A stretch of DNA of 64,000 bases from the human T2T-CHM13v2.0 reference genome, Homo sapiens. Location of the stretch: the NCBI RefSeq assembly GCF_009914755.1, contig NC_060925.1, one strand, 5' to 3'. This document shows positions 20,995 to 39,043 of the stretch, one piece after another. The notes under the pieces were generated by a model that did no database searches, had not been told where the DNA came from, and saw only the letters and a program-made list of their open reading frames with translations. The position numbers and the translations under genes are program-made. The stretch's first letter is position 1, and every line of letters starts with the position of its first letter.

Positions 20995-22584
20995 TTATTG
21001 TCACTATTTATATCCCAATGACTGGTCTTTTAATTTTACTAGAGAGCAACTTCCTTGTCAATTGCCCTGAACAGAGTTGATCTCACTTCAGAGCAGTATG
21101 ATTATGAATTTTCAGCTCTACCAAGTTTTGGCATCAGCATTTCCTCATTGATAAAAGTACTCTTGATTTCTTCTCTCAGCTGGGGTAGCTCAGAGAGGCC
21201 TGAATGTGCAAACCAGTACCTTTATTTATTCTTCTTGGCTGTGGAAAATCGTCCATTATAGGAATATTGTTAACATTTTTTTTGGGGTGGTGGGGGTCGG
21301 AGTCTTGCTCTGTTGTCCAGGCTGGAGTTCAGCGGCATGATCTCGGCTCTCTGCAACCTCCGCCTCCCAGGTTCAAGTGATTCTCCTGCCTCAAGCTCCT
21401 GAGTAGCTGGGATTACAGGTGTCTGCCACCATGCCCAGTTAATTTTTGTATTTTTAGTGGAGACGGGGTTTCACCATGTTGGCCAGGCTGGTCTCGAACT
21501 CCTGACCTCAAATGATCTACCCACCTCAGCCTCCCAAAGTGCTGGGATTACAGGTGTGAGCCACCGTGCCCGGCAACGTTTTTTTATATAATGTTTTTTT
21601 GAGATGGAGTCTTGTTCTATCGCCCAGGCTGGGGTACAGTGGTGCAATCTTGATTCACTGCAACCTCTGCCTTCAGGGTTCAAGTGATTCTTGTGCCTCA
21701 GCCTCCTGAGTAGCTGGGATTACAGGCATATGCCACCATGCCCAGCTAATTTTTGTATTTTTAGTAGAGATGAGGTTTTGCCATGTTGGCCAGGCTGGTC
21801 TCGAACTCCTGGCCTCAAGTGATCTGCCTGCCTTGGCCTCCCAAAGTGCTGGGATTACAGGTGTGAGCCACAGTGCCCTGTCAACTTTTTTTTTTTTTAA
21901 GTTAAGAATGAAGGTCAACAAATTAAGTTGGAAGTAAACCGGGGCTCTTGATAGGTTAAATCTAACACATCCAAGGACACCAGGGTCATTTATACCAACA
22001 GGGTCTGTCTACAAGTTATAAGGTTTTAATGTGTTTTATTTTAGAGATGGGGTCTCGCTAAGTTGCCCAGGCTGTATTTGAACTCCTGGGTTCAAGGAAT
22101 GCTCCTGCCTCAGCCTCCCAAATAGCTGGGACTATAGGTGTGTGCCACTGGGCCCAGCTTAATTGTTCTTAAAAGCCTATCTATGTTCATGAAGGTCAAA
22201 GTGTTGAAATCTGGCCATGCAGGGTGGCTCACGTCTGTAATCCTAGCACTTTTGGAGGCTAAGGCGGGCAGATCACTTGAGGCCAGGAGTTTGAGACCAG
22301 CCTGGCCAACATGGCAAAACCTCATCTCTACTAAAAATACAAAAATTTAGCTGGGCATCATGGCATGCCCCTGTAATCCCATCTGCTTGGGAGGCTAAAG
22401 CAGGAGAATCACTTGAACCTGGGAGGGGGAGGTTGCAGTGAGCTGAGATCATGCCACTGTTCTCCAGCCTGGGTGACAGAGTGAGACTCTGTCTCAAAAA
22501 ACAAAAAACAGGCTGGGCGTGGTGGCTCACGCCTGTAATCCCAGTACTTTGGGAGGCCAAGGTGGGCCAATCACCTGAGGTCAG

Positions 22585-22935
22585 TGGTAGAGACCAAGTT
22601 ACCCCTCCCTTCCCCCATAAGCCTCACAAACAGCTCTTGTAACTCCTCTGTGAGGCTGCTAAACCACTATAACTTCCTCCTCAGACTGCCCCCATTACCC
22701 GTCTTCTTTGTTCTATTCCAGTGATTGTTTTTGCAAAATTCCAAAACAGACCCAGGCAAACAGACCCAGGATATAGTCCCACCTGGAAAATCCCCAAGCC
22801 TCACCCCCTATATCAATCCCCTGCTTTGCTAGCTCGGGGCTGCCTCCTCTGACTATAAAGGAACAGCCCGGCAGGTTAACAAACTTGCTGGCCTGACTTT
22901 GGGTCTACTTGTCTTATCTCTCGGCAACCCTTACA
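22585..22935 (+). repeat. Proviral 5' LTR (351 bp)
   Basis: Direct repeat of 29025-29372. Confidence 0.95.
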
Positions 22936-22938
22936 TTT

Positions 22939-22956
22939 TAGTGCCGAAACCCGGGA
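22939..22956 (+). other. Primer binding site, tRNA-Phe
   Basis: TAGTGCCGAAACCCGGGA, one mismatch to the tRNA-Phe 3' complement TGGTGCCGAAACCCGGGA. Confidence 0.9.
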
Positions 22957-23385
22957 AGGGGATAGGCTCTGGCTGGACATCCTTAAGGGACTCTCCCTCT
23001 CTCTCTCTCTCTGTCTACTCCCCATCGCCATCACCCCTTCTCCCAGCTGTCCTCCCCTTCCCAAACCTGCCAAAGACCCGAAGAATCTCCTAGACTCTAC
23101 CATTGCTGGCGACTGCATCCACCATCAGGGCCTCCACAGGGGTCAGTAAGAGAGACCCTTACCATTTACCTGGAATCCTTGACCGACTCTTTCTTGCCCG
23201 AAAGACCCAGCGCTGGGTCAAGGGCTTCCTCCAGCCTCCAGGCCTTTAGTTCCTCCATCTCGGGGATGCCTGATTCGGGGGTTACCTCCCTTCTCCTGGC
23301 ACGATCGGCAGGACAGGGGATGCCTTCTCCTGCCGTTCTTGTCATCGGCAGTCTCTTCTTCCTCTACCCTCTCCTTCCCTTCACC

Positions 23386-24988
23386 ATGGGAGCCTCTCAG
23401 TCTACCCTTTCCAAGATTACCCCCTTCAGGTGTCTCCTGCGCAATCTCAATGCTCTCTGCCTCTGTTCAGAGGTCCGTCCTAAGAGGCTTATCTTTTACT
23501 GTAACACTACATAGCCTCAATATAAATTAGACAGTGGTTCCCAATGGCCCGAAAACGGCACTTTCGATTTCAGTGTACTCAGGGACTTAGATAACTTTTG
23601 CCATCGCAATGGAAACTGGTCTGAGATTCCTCATGTCCAGGATTTTTTCACCCTCTGTTGCCATCCTTCTCTTTGCCAGTCCTGTTCAACCTTCCAAATC
23701 CTCCCTGCCTGCTCCAAGCCTGACTCGTCTTCTGCTTCCCTCCCATCAGCTCCAACCGACGACTCCTCTTCTTTTGACCCTGCTGACTTTTCCATTCCCC
23801 AACCGCGCCCTAATCCTCCTCCCCATCACCCCGACCCTCCACCGTATGCCCCTGCTCCAGCTCTGTCCCCTTCTCCTCCTCTCTCAAACCACCTGGCTTC
23901 AGACTGTAAGTCCTCTCTGTCTCCACTTCTTACCTGCTCCCGGACCCGGCATGCCCTTCCTTACTCCCGCTCCGAGAGGTCGCAAGAGCTGAAGGAATTG
24001 TCCATGTCCATGTTCGTTTCTCTCTTACTGATCTTTCCCAAATCAAAAAGCATCTTGGGTCCTTCTCCTCTGATCCCAATACTTACATCAAAGAATTTAA
24101 ATATCTCACCCAGTCTTATAAACTTACTTAGCATGATCTCTATATTATTCTCTCCTCTACCCTCTTTCTGGAATAGAAGGAAAGAGTGTGGCTCTCGGCC
24201 CAGGCACATGCCAATGACCTCCATCAGGAAGATCCTACTAAGCCAGTAGGGGCTGCAGCAGTCCCCCAGGAAGAGCCTTCCTGGGAATAGCAACCCACAG
24301 ACCCCAGCCGAGCGTCCTGAAACCATATGGTTACTTGCCTCATTGTAGGCCTTAACAAAGCTGTTCACAAAGATGTAAACTTTAAAAAAACTCAAAGAAA
24401 TTTCCCAAAGAGCAGATGAAAACCCTGCTGAGTTTCTTTCCCACCTTACAGAGGTTCCCCAAAAATATACCTGTGTTGATCCTACCTCCTGTAAAATGAC
24501 TATTGTCCTCAATACTCATTTTATTTCCCAATCAGCCCCAGACATTTGGCACAAACTTAAAAAGGTCGAGGATAGCCCTCAAACCCCACAGCAAGACCTC
24601 CTTAACCTGGCTTTCAAAGTCTTTATAACAGGGTTGAGCAAAATAAATTAAATAAAGCCCAAAGAGATTGTGCTAAATACCAGCTTCTAGCAGCGGCTAT
24701 CTGTCAGCCTAGGCATAGTACCGAAGGGCACAAAAGATCTGATAGCAGCATCCCTCGCAGGCCTTGTTTCAAGTGCAGCAAGGAAGGCCACTGGGCGGGG
24801 GCATGTCCTAATTCACGAGTACCAAAGAGCCCTTGCCCGGTTTGTCAACAGATAGGTCACTGGAAATCTGATTGTCCCCTCAACAGTCAGACAAACCTGT
24901 CCCTCCAGACCTCCACCTCTTCAGCAACACAAAGGGCGAAGAGCCGCTTGCACTCTTGCAGCTCCTTGGCCTGGCCACTAAAGATTGA
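23386..24988 (+). pseudogene. Defective ERV gag
   Basis: MGASQS start; LIFYCNTT*PQYKLDSGSQWPENGTFDF; PPPY motif; two CCHC knuckles CFKCSKEGHWAGAC and CPVCQQIGHWKSDC (24765-24875); stops and frameshifts; TGA at 24986-24988. Confidence 0.88.
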
Positions 24989-27680
24989 CAAGGCCCAGGG
25001 CCCCCGGCCCCATCTGCCATCACTGCATCAGAGCCCAGGGTAACTCTACTAGTGGCAGGTAAGCCAATCTCTTTTTTAATTGATACCAGGGCCACCTACT
25101 TGGCTTTGCCTGAATTTTCAGGACCCACTCATCCCTTCCAGGTCTCAGTTGTAGGGGTTGATGGACTTATTTCTCGTCCACGTGTCACCAGGCCTCTCAC
25201 CTGTTCCCTGTTTGAAACTGTCTTCTCACACTCTTTCCTTATCATGCCTTGCTGCCCAATCCCTATTTTAGGACGAGATCTTTTAGTCAAATTCAAAGCC
25301 TCTATCACTTCCTCCAGTCTCCCTCCACCAGAGTCTCTCCTGCTTCTCGCGCTACTTCAGCCCCTGACCCCTCTCCCCAGTACCCACTTCCCGCCTCCCT
25401 TGATGATCCAATCATGTATGACACCACCACCCCTTCCTTAGCCACTCACCATGACCCCATCAAAATTTGGCTCAAAGACCCTTCCAAATTTCCCAATGTC
25501 CCCCAGTACCCTATTTCTCTGACTCACCAAAGAGGCCTACAGACCATCATAAACAAGCTCCATGCATGTGGTCTTCTTAGACCAACACGTTCCCCATATA
25601 ACACCCCCATTCTCCGTTAAAAAATCAGATGGCTCATACTGACTTGTCCAGGAACTCTGAGCCGTCAATCAAGCTGTCCTCCCTATTCATCCCATAGACC
25701 CCAACCCATATACGCTTCTCTTTCTCATCCCTCTGACACAACCCATTACACTGCTATTGACCCAAAGGATGCCTTGCTCTTTCGCCAGGCTGGAGTACAG
25801 TGGTGTGATCTCAGTTCACTGCAACCTCTGCCTCCTGGGTTCAAGTGATTCTCCTGCTTCAGCCTCCTGAGTAGCTGGGACTACAGGTGCCCACCACAGC
25901 ATCTGGCTAAATTTTGTATTTTTAGTAGAGATGGGTTTTCACCATCCTGGCCAGGCTGGTCTTGAACTCCTGACCTCATGATCCACACGACTCGGCCTCC
26001 CAAAGTGCTGGGATTACAGGTGTGAGCCACTACACCCAGCCAAGGATGCCTTCTTCACCATTCCTTTATACCTGGATTCCCAAGACCTCTTTGCTTTCAC
26101 CTGGACTGACCCTGACATCCTCCAGTCACAACAACTCACATGGACTGTCCTCCCTCAAGGCTTCAGGGATAGCCCTCATTTCTTCGGACAAACTTTCACC
26201 CAGGACCTCACCTCCTTAGACCTCTCTCCTAGCCGTCTCCTTCAGTATGTGGATGACCTTCTCCTTTGCAGCCCTTCTCTAAAAGACTCTCAAACTCACA
26301 CAGTCACTCTTTTAAACTTTCTCGCTGCCAAAGGGCATAGAGTTTCCCCTTCCAGGGCTCAGCTCTCCATCCCCAAAGTGACTTGCTCAGGAGTTCAACT
26401 TTCTCCTGGGGCCCAGGCTATGACCCAGCCTGAGCAGCACTCATAAACAATCTGCCCCCGCCTTCCTCCAAAGATGAAATCCTTTCCTTTCTAGGGCTGG
26501 CAGGCTTTTTTAGAATACAGATTCCCAACTTTGCCCTTCCGGCTCACCCCCTCTATGAAGCAGCCAAAGTCCCCCTCAATGAACTCCTAAACCCCTCATA
26601 TAACATACTCCCCAATTTCCACAAACTCCAAACCACTCTTCTCACTGCACCGGCTCTGTCCTTACCTGATATCACCCAACCTTTCACTGTCTGTACTGCC
26701 GAGAACCAAGGAACAGCCCTCAGTGTACTAGGGCAACAGAAGAGAAATCCTCCTTCCTTTGCCCCTGTAGCCTACCTCTCTAAACAACTCGATAACACAA
26801 TCAAAGGGTGGCCTGCTTGTCTTAGGGCTTTAGCAGCAGCAGCCATTCTAGCTCTAGAAAGCAGGAAACTAACATTCGGACAAAACACCACCATCCACAA
26901 TCCTCATAATCTACAAGATCTCCTCACCTCCCGAGCATTAAGCTCCCTTCCTCCTTCCCGGATTCAATCACTCCATGCTCTCTTTATCAAAAATCCTGAA
27001 TTCAGCCTTGCCAAGAGTGCTACCCTCAACCCAGCATCCTTCCTGGGAATACCTTACTCCCTGTATCCTCTTCCCCTCCTACTCATTCTTGCACTGAAAT
27101 CCTAGACCACCTGCAGCCACATTTCCCAAACATTTCCTCTGAGACTCTCACCAACCCTGATGACCAGCTATTCATAGATGGCTCCTCTTCTGGGACCACT
27201 GGCTCCCCCAAAATTGCTGGATACGCAGTTGTTTCTCTTGACTGAGTAATTGAAGCCAAGCCCCTACCTCCAGGAACCTCCTCCCAAAAAGCAGAACTTA
27301 CAGCTTTCACCAGAGCCCTAACCCTTTCCAAAGGCAAATGAGTCAACATTTATACAGACTCCAAATATGTCTATCACATCCTTCATTCCCACACCACCAT
27401 CTGGCAAGAGAGGGGATTCCTTACTGCCAAAGGGAACCCCATCACTAACGGCCCCCTTATTTACCAACTCCTTCAGGCTGTACACCTGCCAACTCAAGCA
27501 GGAGTTATACACTGTCAAGGACCCCAAACAGGATCAGATAACATTTCAAGAGGGAACAGAAAGGCTGATGAAGCAGCAAAAGAAGCCTCCCTTTCTTCTG
27601 CCCCTGCTTCTCTCCTCCTCATTGCCCCTGCAGTCCAACCCCAGTATTCCCTCACTGAGAGAGCTTCACTACTACAATGA
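24989..27680 (+). pseudogene. Defective ERV pro-pol (PR, RT, RNase H; integrase absent)
   Basis: FLIDTRAT (DTG mutated), ILGRDLL, LPQGFRDSP, YVDD at 26246-26257, RNase H FIDGSS / KAEL / YTDSKY / GNRKAD; no integrase motifs before env begins. Confidence 0.88.
25776..26041 (-). mobile_element. Tail-less AluSc-like insertion within pol
   Basis: 11-bp TSD AAGGATGCCTT at 25765-25775 and 26042-26052; no poly(T); terminal Alu bases missing. Confidence 0.85.
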
Positions 27681-28942
27681 GGGTCTCTGCCTTTATAGAC
27701 AAAGCCCTCACCCTCGCCGGAAACTATCCTACCACCTTAGCTAACAGAGCTACCAAACTCCTCTCCACATGTACTGCCAACTACAACTGCTCCAAGCTCC
27801 CTCACCCTACCATTCAAGGCCCCATAACCCTCGACACCACTAGAATTGGCCAAGTCCCCTTATGTATCACTTCTTCCAATAGACACGTACACATAGGCAC
27901 CGTCCCTCCTTCCACCTGTAATTCAACCCAAATCATCTTTCACCCGTCTTCCCACACCTCACTCCGAGTAGATTATTCAGTCTTTCCTGAAGCCAACGGT
28001 CTCCTCACTCAGCCCCTTCACATCACCTCTCCCCCGGCCTCTCAGACATAGAAACTCCTTCCCCAAACAGGGGTTCTCAAAGAGGTCTCTCTCTCCTCCT
28101 CACTCTGGGTTGCCGAAGCCAAGCCTAGGCTCTCTAAATGAGGAACGTACATGCTACAGCATCTGTTCTCAATTCACTTGTCTGTTTGTATCAACACCTC
28201 AGGCATCTTTTTCTTCTGTGGCTCCACGATCTACTCCTGTCTCCCTACCAACTGGACAGGTACCTGCACCTTAATTTACCTTACCCCCAATATTAATCTC
28301 GTTCCCCCAGACCAAGAACTCCATATTCCCGCCACAGTCCATGCCTGTTCAAAGAAGGCAATACAATTTGTTCCTTTATTAGCAGCCCTCAGGGTCACAG
28401 CAGGTGTTGGACTAGGAGCTGGAAGCTTAGGAACTTCATTATCATATTTTCAGTCACTCTCCAAAGACTTTCAAGCATCATCAGAAGAGATTGCAGATTC
28501 TCTCACTCACCTCCAAAATCAATTAGGCTCTCTAGCAGCAGTTACCCTACAGAACCGCAGAGGCCTTGATCTTCTTACAGCCGAAAAGGGCGGTCTCTGT
28601 GTCTTTTTAGGTGAACAATGTTGTTTCTATCTCAGCCAATCTGGATTAGTATGAGATGCGGTCAAAAAACTCAAAGACCGAGCACAAAAATTAAGGGACA
28701 GTCAATCCACATGGCCTCAGTGGTTCAGTAACTCCTGGGCTCCCTGGCTTCTGCCCCTCCTAGGTCCTGCTATAACCCTTTCTTTCTTTTTAGCATTTGG
28801 CCCCTGCCTCTTATGTCTCCCTACCCAGTTTTTACAGAACCGTATCAGAGCATTCACCCATGGAACAATACAAGACATGATGCTGCTCCAAGGATACCAA
28901 CCGTTCCAAACCCAATCTCCACCATCCGGCCTTTCCCCTTAA
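27681..28942 (+). pseudogene. 5'-deleted ERV env (partial SU plus TM)
   Basis: CLPTNWTGTC; degenerate furin site CSKK/AIQFVPLL; ISD LQNRRGLDLLTAEKGGLC; CX6CC; TGA at 28652; WLLPLLGP..FGPC in the same frame to TAA at 28940-28942. Confidence 0.9.
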
Positions 28943-29024
28943 CCAGCGACCCTCTTTAGCTTGAAGTAGCCAGATGAGAATGGCGCCCCTCTTCTATTAT
29001 CTATTATCTATTAAAAGGCTGAAA

Positions 29025-29372
29025 TGTTTGAGACAAAGCTACCCCTCTCTTCCCCCATAAGCCTCACAAACAGCTCTTGTAACCCCTCTGTGAGGCTGCT
29101 ATACCACTATAACTTCCTCCTCAGACTGCCCCCATTACCCATCTTCTTTGTTCTATTCCAGTAATTGTTTTTGCAAAATTTCAAGAGGCCTGGCAAACAG
29201 ACCCAGGATATGGTCCCACCTAGAAAATCCCCAAGCCTCACTCCCTATATCAATCCCCTGCTTTGCTAGCTCGGGGCTGCCTCCTCTGACTATAAAGAAG
29301 CAGTCCGGCAGGTTAATAAACTTGCTGGCCTGACTTTGGCTCTACTTGTCTTATCTCTCGGCAACCCTTACA
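29025..29372 (+). repeat. Proviral 3' LTR (348 bp)
   Basis: Direct repeat of 22585-22935; AATAAA at 29315-29320. Confidence 0.95.
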
Positions 29373-29561
29373 GTCAGGAGTTTGAGACCAGCCTGGCCAA
29401 CATGGTAAAACCCTGTCTCTACTGAAAATACAAAAATTAGCTGGGTGTGGTGGCAGGTGCCTGTAGTCTCAGCTACTTGGGAGGCTGAGTTGGGAGGATC
29501 CCTTGAACCCAGGAGGCAGAGGTTACACTCCAGCATGGTTGTTACAGTGAGACTCCATCAC

Positions 29562-29593
<32 letters not shown>

Positions 29594-29625
29594 GAAAAAA
29601 GAAAGTAACCCTTGGCTCATGCTAG

Positions 29626-29848
<223 letters not shown>

Positions 29849-30889
29849 TAGTGTTAGCCAGGATGGTCTTGATCTCCTGACCTTATGATCCACCTGCCTC
29901 GGCTTCACCAAAGTGCTGGGATTACAGGCGTGAGCCACCACGCCCGGCCTAAAGTGAACACTTCTAGCCAGGGTTATTTTCACCCATGGGTGGGTCCATC
30001 TGTAAGTCTTAAGGATTTTAATGATTCTTAAAAACTACTCCCAGCTGGGTGTAGTGGTGTGTGTCTGTAGCCCCAGCTACTCGGGAAGCTGAGGCAGGAG
30101 CATCGCTTGAGCTCAGGAGTTTGAGAGCAGCCTGGGCAACACAGCGAGACCCTGTTTCTTAAAAAAAAAAAAAAAAAGAAGAAGCCTATTCATGTTCATG
30201 AGTGTGGGAATATTGAAATCCCAGGCCCAATCCATTAACAGACCATAACAGGTCTACCTTCAATATATTTTCTAAGTGATGTTTAGAAAATATACACTGA
30301 AACAGTGTATATGTGAGGATGTATCACTTAGGAATGCTTTCAGATGCAAGTAACAGAACATCCAATTACCAGTGACCCAATAAAAGAGGAGTGGCTGGGC
30401 ATGGTAGCTCATGCCTGTAATCCCAGCCCTTTGGGAGGCTGAGGCAGGTTGATCACGAGGTCAGGAGTTCAAGACCACCCTGGCCAAGATGGTGAAACAC
30501 CGTCTGTACTAAAAATACAAAAATTAGCCAGGCATGGTGGTGCGTGCCTGTAGTCCCAGCTACTCGGGAGGCTGAGACAGAGAACTGCTTGAACCCAGGA
30601 GACAGAGGTTGCAGTGAGCCTAGATCACACCACTGCACTCCAGCCTGGGTGACAGAGCAAGACTTTGTCTCAAAAAAAAAAAAAAAAAAAAAAGAAAGAA
30701 AGAGGAGTAATTTTTCTTGGAAAACAAGACATCTGGTGGCAATTGCTGGCACTGCCTCAGGTGCCCTATGGAGCTTTTGAGGACCCAGGCTCTTCTTCTC
30801 TTCTGCTCCACTGTCGTCAGCATGCTGGCTTTTTATCTTCATGGCTGCAAGATAGCTGCCACAGCTCCAGGCATCAAACCTAATTTTAG

Positions 30890-31174
<285 letters not shown>

Positions 31175-31410
31175 TGATCTCAGCCCACTGAAACCTCCAC
31201 TTCCTGGTTCCACCTTAGCCTCCTGAGTAGCTGGGACTACAGGCACATGCCACCACACCTGGCTAATTTTTGTATTTTTAGTAGAGATGGGGTTTTACCA
31301 TGTTGCCCAGGCTGGTCTCGAACTCCTGACCTCAAGTGATCAACCAGCCTTGGCCTCCCAAAGTGATGGGACTACAGGCGTGAGCCACTGCAGCTGGCAT
31401 GCCTGGCTAA

Positions 31411-31611
<201 letters not shown>

Positions 31612-31963
31612 TAAAAGTGAGTGACATGTCTGCCCTTAGCCACAAGAGGGGCTGGGAAGGGGGCAAGGGAAGGGGATTGGTGTCTGCCACAGTTGAGTAA
31701 ATGGAAGAGATTGATCAATAAAAGATGACACTTACATAAGGGACCAAAAAAGCCCAGCAAATATGGTCTGAAAACTACAAAAGTCTTGGGAAGATCATTC
31801 AGCCATTTATTCATTCATTCCTTCTATTCAATCCTGTTAGGATTTTTACATCTGAGTTCATGAATGGCACTGGCTTATAATTATTTTTCATGCTGTTCTT
31901 GTTAGATTTGGGTGCCAAAGATATATGAGCCTCACAAAATGAGTTGGAGAGACTTTTCTGTTT

Positions 31964-32127
31964 TTGGCAAACTTTTCCTGTAAAGGGCCAGATGGTAAAC
32001 ATGTTGGGTTTTCCAGGCCCTGTGTCTCTGTTGTGACTGCTTGGCGCAGCCGTTAGAGTGTGAGAGTAGCCACAGACGATACGTAAAAGCCAAATTGGGC
32101 CCACAAGCTGTGGTTTACCTAGCCCTG
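31964..32127 (+). mobile_element. MER58-like DNA transposon fragment
   Basis: ttggcaaacttttcctgtaaagggccagatggtaaac ... gggcccacaagctgtggttt..ccctg. Confidence 0.7.
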
Positions 32128-32369
32128 TCTAAGCTATGTTTTATGTAATTTTGGAAATGTTTGTTTCTTCAATGTTTGGGAAAACTTGCCCATAATATGT
32201 TATGGGCTTGTTTTTGATTCATGAGAATAGTTTTCTATTGTTGGTTTGATTTCTTTAATAAATACAGAATTATTCTGATTGTCTCCTCTTAAACATTGTT
32301 AAGTTATATTCTTGTAGGAATTTGTCTATTTGATCTACATTCTCAAATTAACGGACAAAGAACTTTTCA

Positions 32370-35940
<3,571 letters not shown>

Positions 35941-36012
35941 GTTTTTCTTTTTTGGGGGTAGAGATGTGGTCTTGCTATGTTGTCCAGGCTGATCTTGAGC
36001 TCCCGGCCTTAA

Positions 36013-36321
<309 letters not shown>

Positions 36322-36420
36322 TAGCCAGGATGGTCTCGATTTCCTGACCTTATGATCCACCTGCCTCGGCCTCCCAAAGTGCTGGGATTACAGGCATGAG
36401 CCACCATGCCCGGCCTATAA

Positions 36421-36708
<288 letters not shown>

Positions 36709-36757
36709 TAAAGCTCTGGGATTACAGGCGTGAGCCACCACACCCAGCCCTGTTTAA

Positions 36758-36889
<132 letters not shown>

Positions 36890-37230
36890 TAGCTGGGACT
36901 ACAGGTGCGTGCCACCACACCCAGCTAATTTTTTGTATTTGTAGTAAACCACAGTGTTAGCTAGGATGGTCTCGATCTCCTGACCTTGTGATCTGCCCGC
37001 CTCGGCCTCCCAAAGTGTGCTGGGATTACAAGCATGAGCCACTGTGCTCGACCAAGAAATTCTTAAAAAAAAAAAAAAAAGAAATTCTAGTAGCACAGAG
37101 ACTGAAGAAAAAAATTCTTGCCAATTCCCTCGTTTATTCAGGTATTGAATTTCTCTCAGTAATCTTTGGCCAGGTGTGGTGGCTCACACCTGTAATTTCA
37201 CACTTTGGGAAGATGAGACAAGGCAGATCA

Positions 37231-37449
<219 letters not shown>

Positions 37450-37883
37450 CTAAAATAGTAATAATCTTTTATTAGAGTTATTCATGGGTGTCTGATATTT
37501 TCTGATGACATTGTAAAGTGGTAGAAGTTTTTAAAGAGAAACTTAATTTTAGTATAGTTTTAGATTTACAGAAAAGTTACAAAGACCATGCAGAGTTCTT
37601 GTAATGGTATAATTTTTAAAATCAAAAAAACTTTACATTTCATTTTCTAATTGTTGCTGTTTTGCAGAAATACAATTGTATTTTGTATATTGACTTTTTT
37701 TTTTTTGAAACAGAGTCTCTCTCCCTATTACATCTCTTTTATTTTTAGATCAATATGTGAAAGTTTGCTGGGTGCAGTGGCTCATGCCTGTAATCCCAGC
37801 ACTTTGGGAGACCAAGGCAGGATGATCACTTGATCTCAGGAGTTTGGAACCAGACTGGGTAGCATGGTGAGACCCCATTTCTA

Positions 37884-38039
<156 letters not shown>

Positions 38040-38077
38040 CTAAGAAAAAAAAGTATGGGGCCAGGTACAGTGGCTCA

Positions 38078-38465
<388 letters not shown>

Positions 38466-38845
38466 TCACTCTGTTGCCCAGGCTGGAGTGCAGTGGTGTG
38501 ATCTTGGCTCACTGCAACCTCTCCCTCCCAGGTTCCAGTGATTCTACTGCCTTAGCCTCCTGAGTAGCCGGGATTACAGACATGCGCCTGGCTAATTTTT
38601 TTATTTTCAGTGGAGATGGGGTTTCACCACTTTGGCCAGGCTAGTCTCGAACTCCTGACCTCAGGTGATTTGTCCGCCTCAGCCTCCCAAAGTGCTGGGA
38701 TTACAGGCCTGAGCCACTGCGCCCGGCCACAAGACTGTATATTTCTGATGTGGAGCTTCCCTCTTCATGCCAAACTGTGATTCAGCCAAAAGTTGACTCT
38801 TGTATCTTGGGTGAGGGAGGCCACATTCAAGGAGTGCTGGTCTGA

Positions 38846-39043
<198 letters not shown>

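Larger units (their letters stand above)
22585..29372 (+). mobile_element. Two-LTR class I provirus, HERV-F / HERV-Fc-like (HERVHF supergroup), integrated in an Alu
   Basis: 5'LTR 22585-22935 and 3'LTR 29025-29372 (TG..CA); 5-bp TSD GTCAG at 22580-22584 and 29373-29377; tRNA-Phe PBS; purine tract 29013-29024; gag, pro, pol and env remnants. Confidence 0.93.

Noticed and set aside
21180-21200. ggggtagctcagag resembling a tRNA 5' end
   Set aside because: No T-loop/B box or cloverleaf follows
22585-29372. Idea that the provirus confers salivary expression on CA6, as HERV-E does for AMY1
   Set aside because: CA6 is salivary in non-primate mammals, which predate this primate-era insertion; no sequence support
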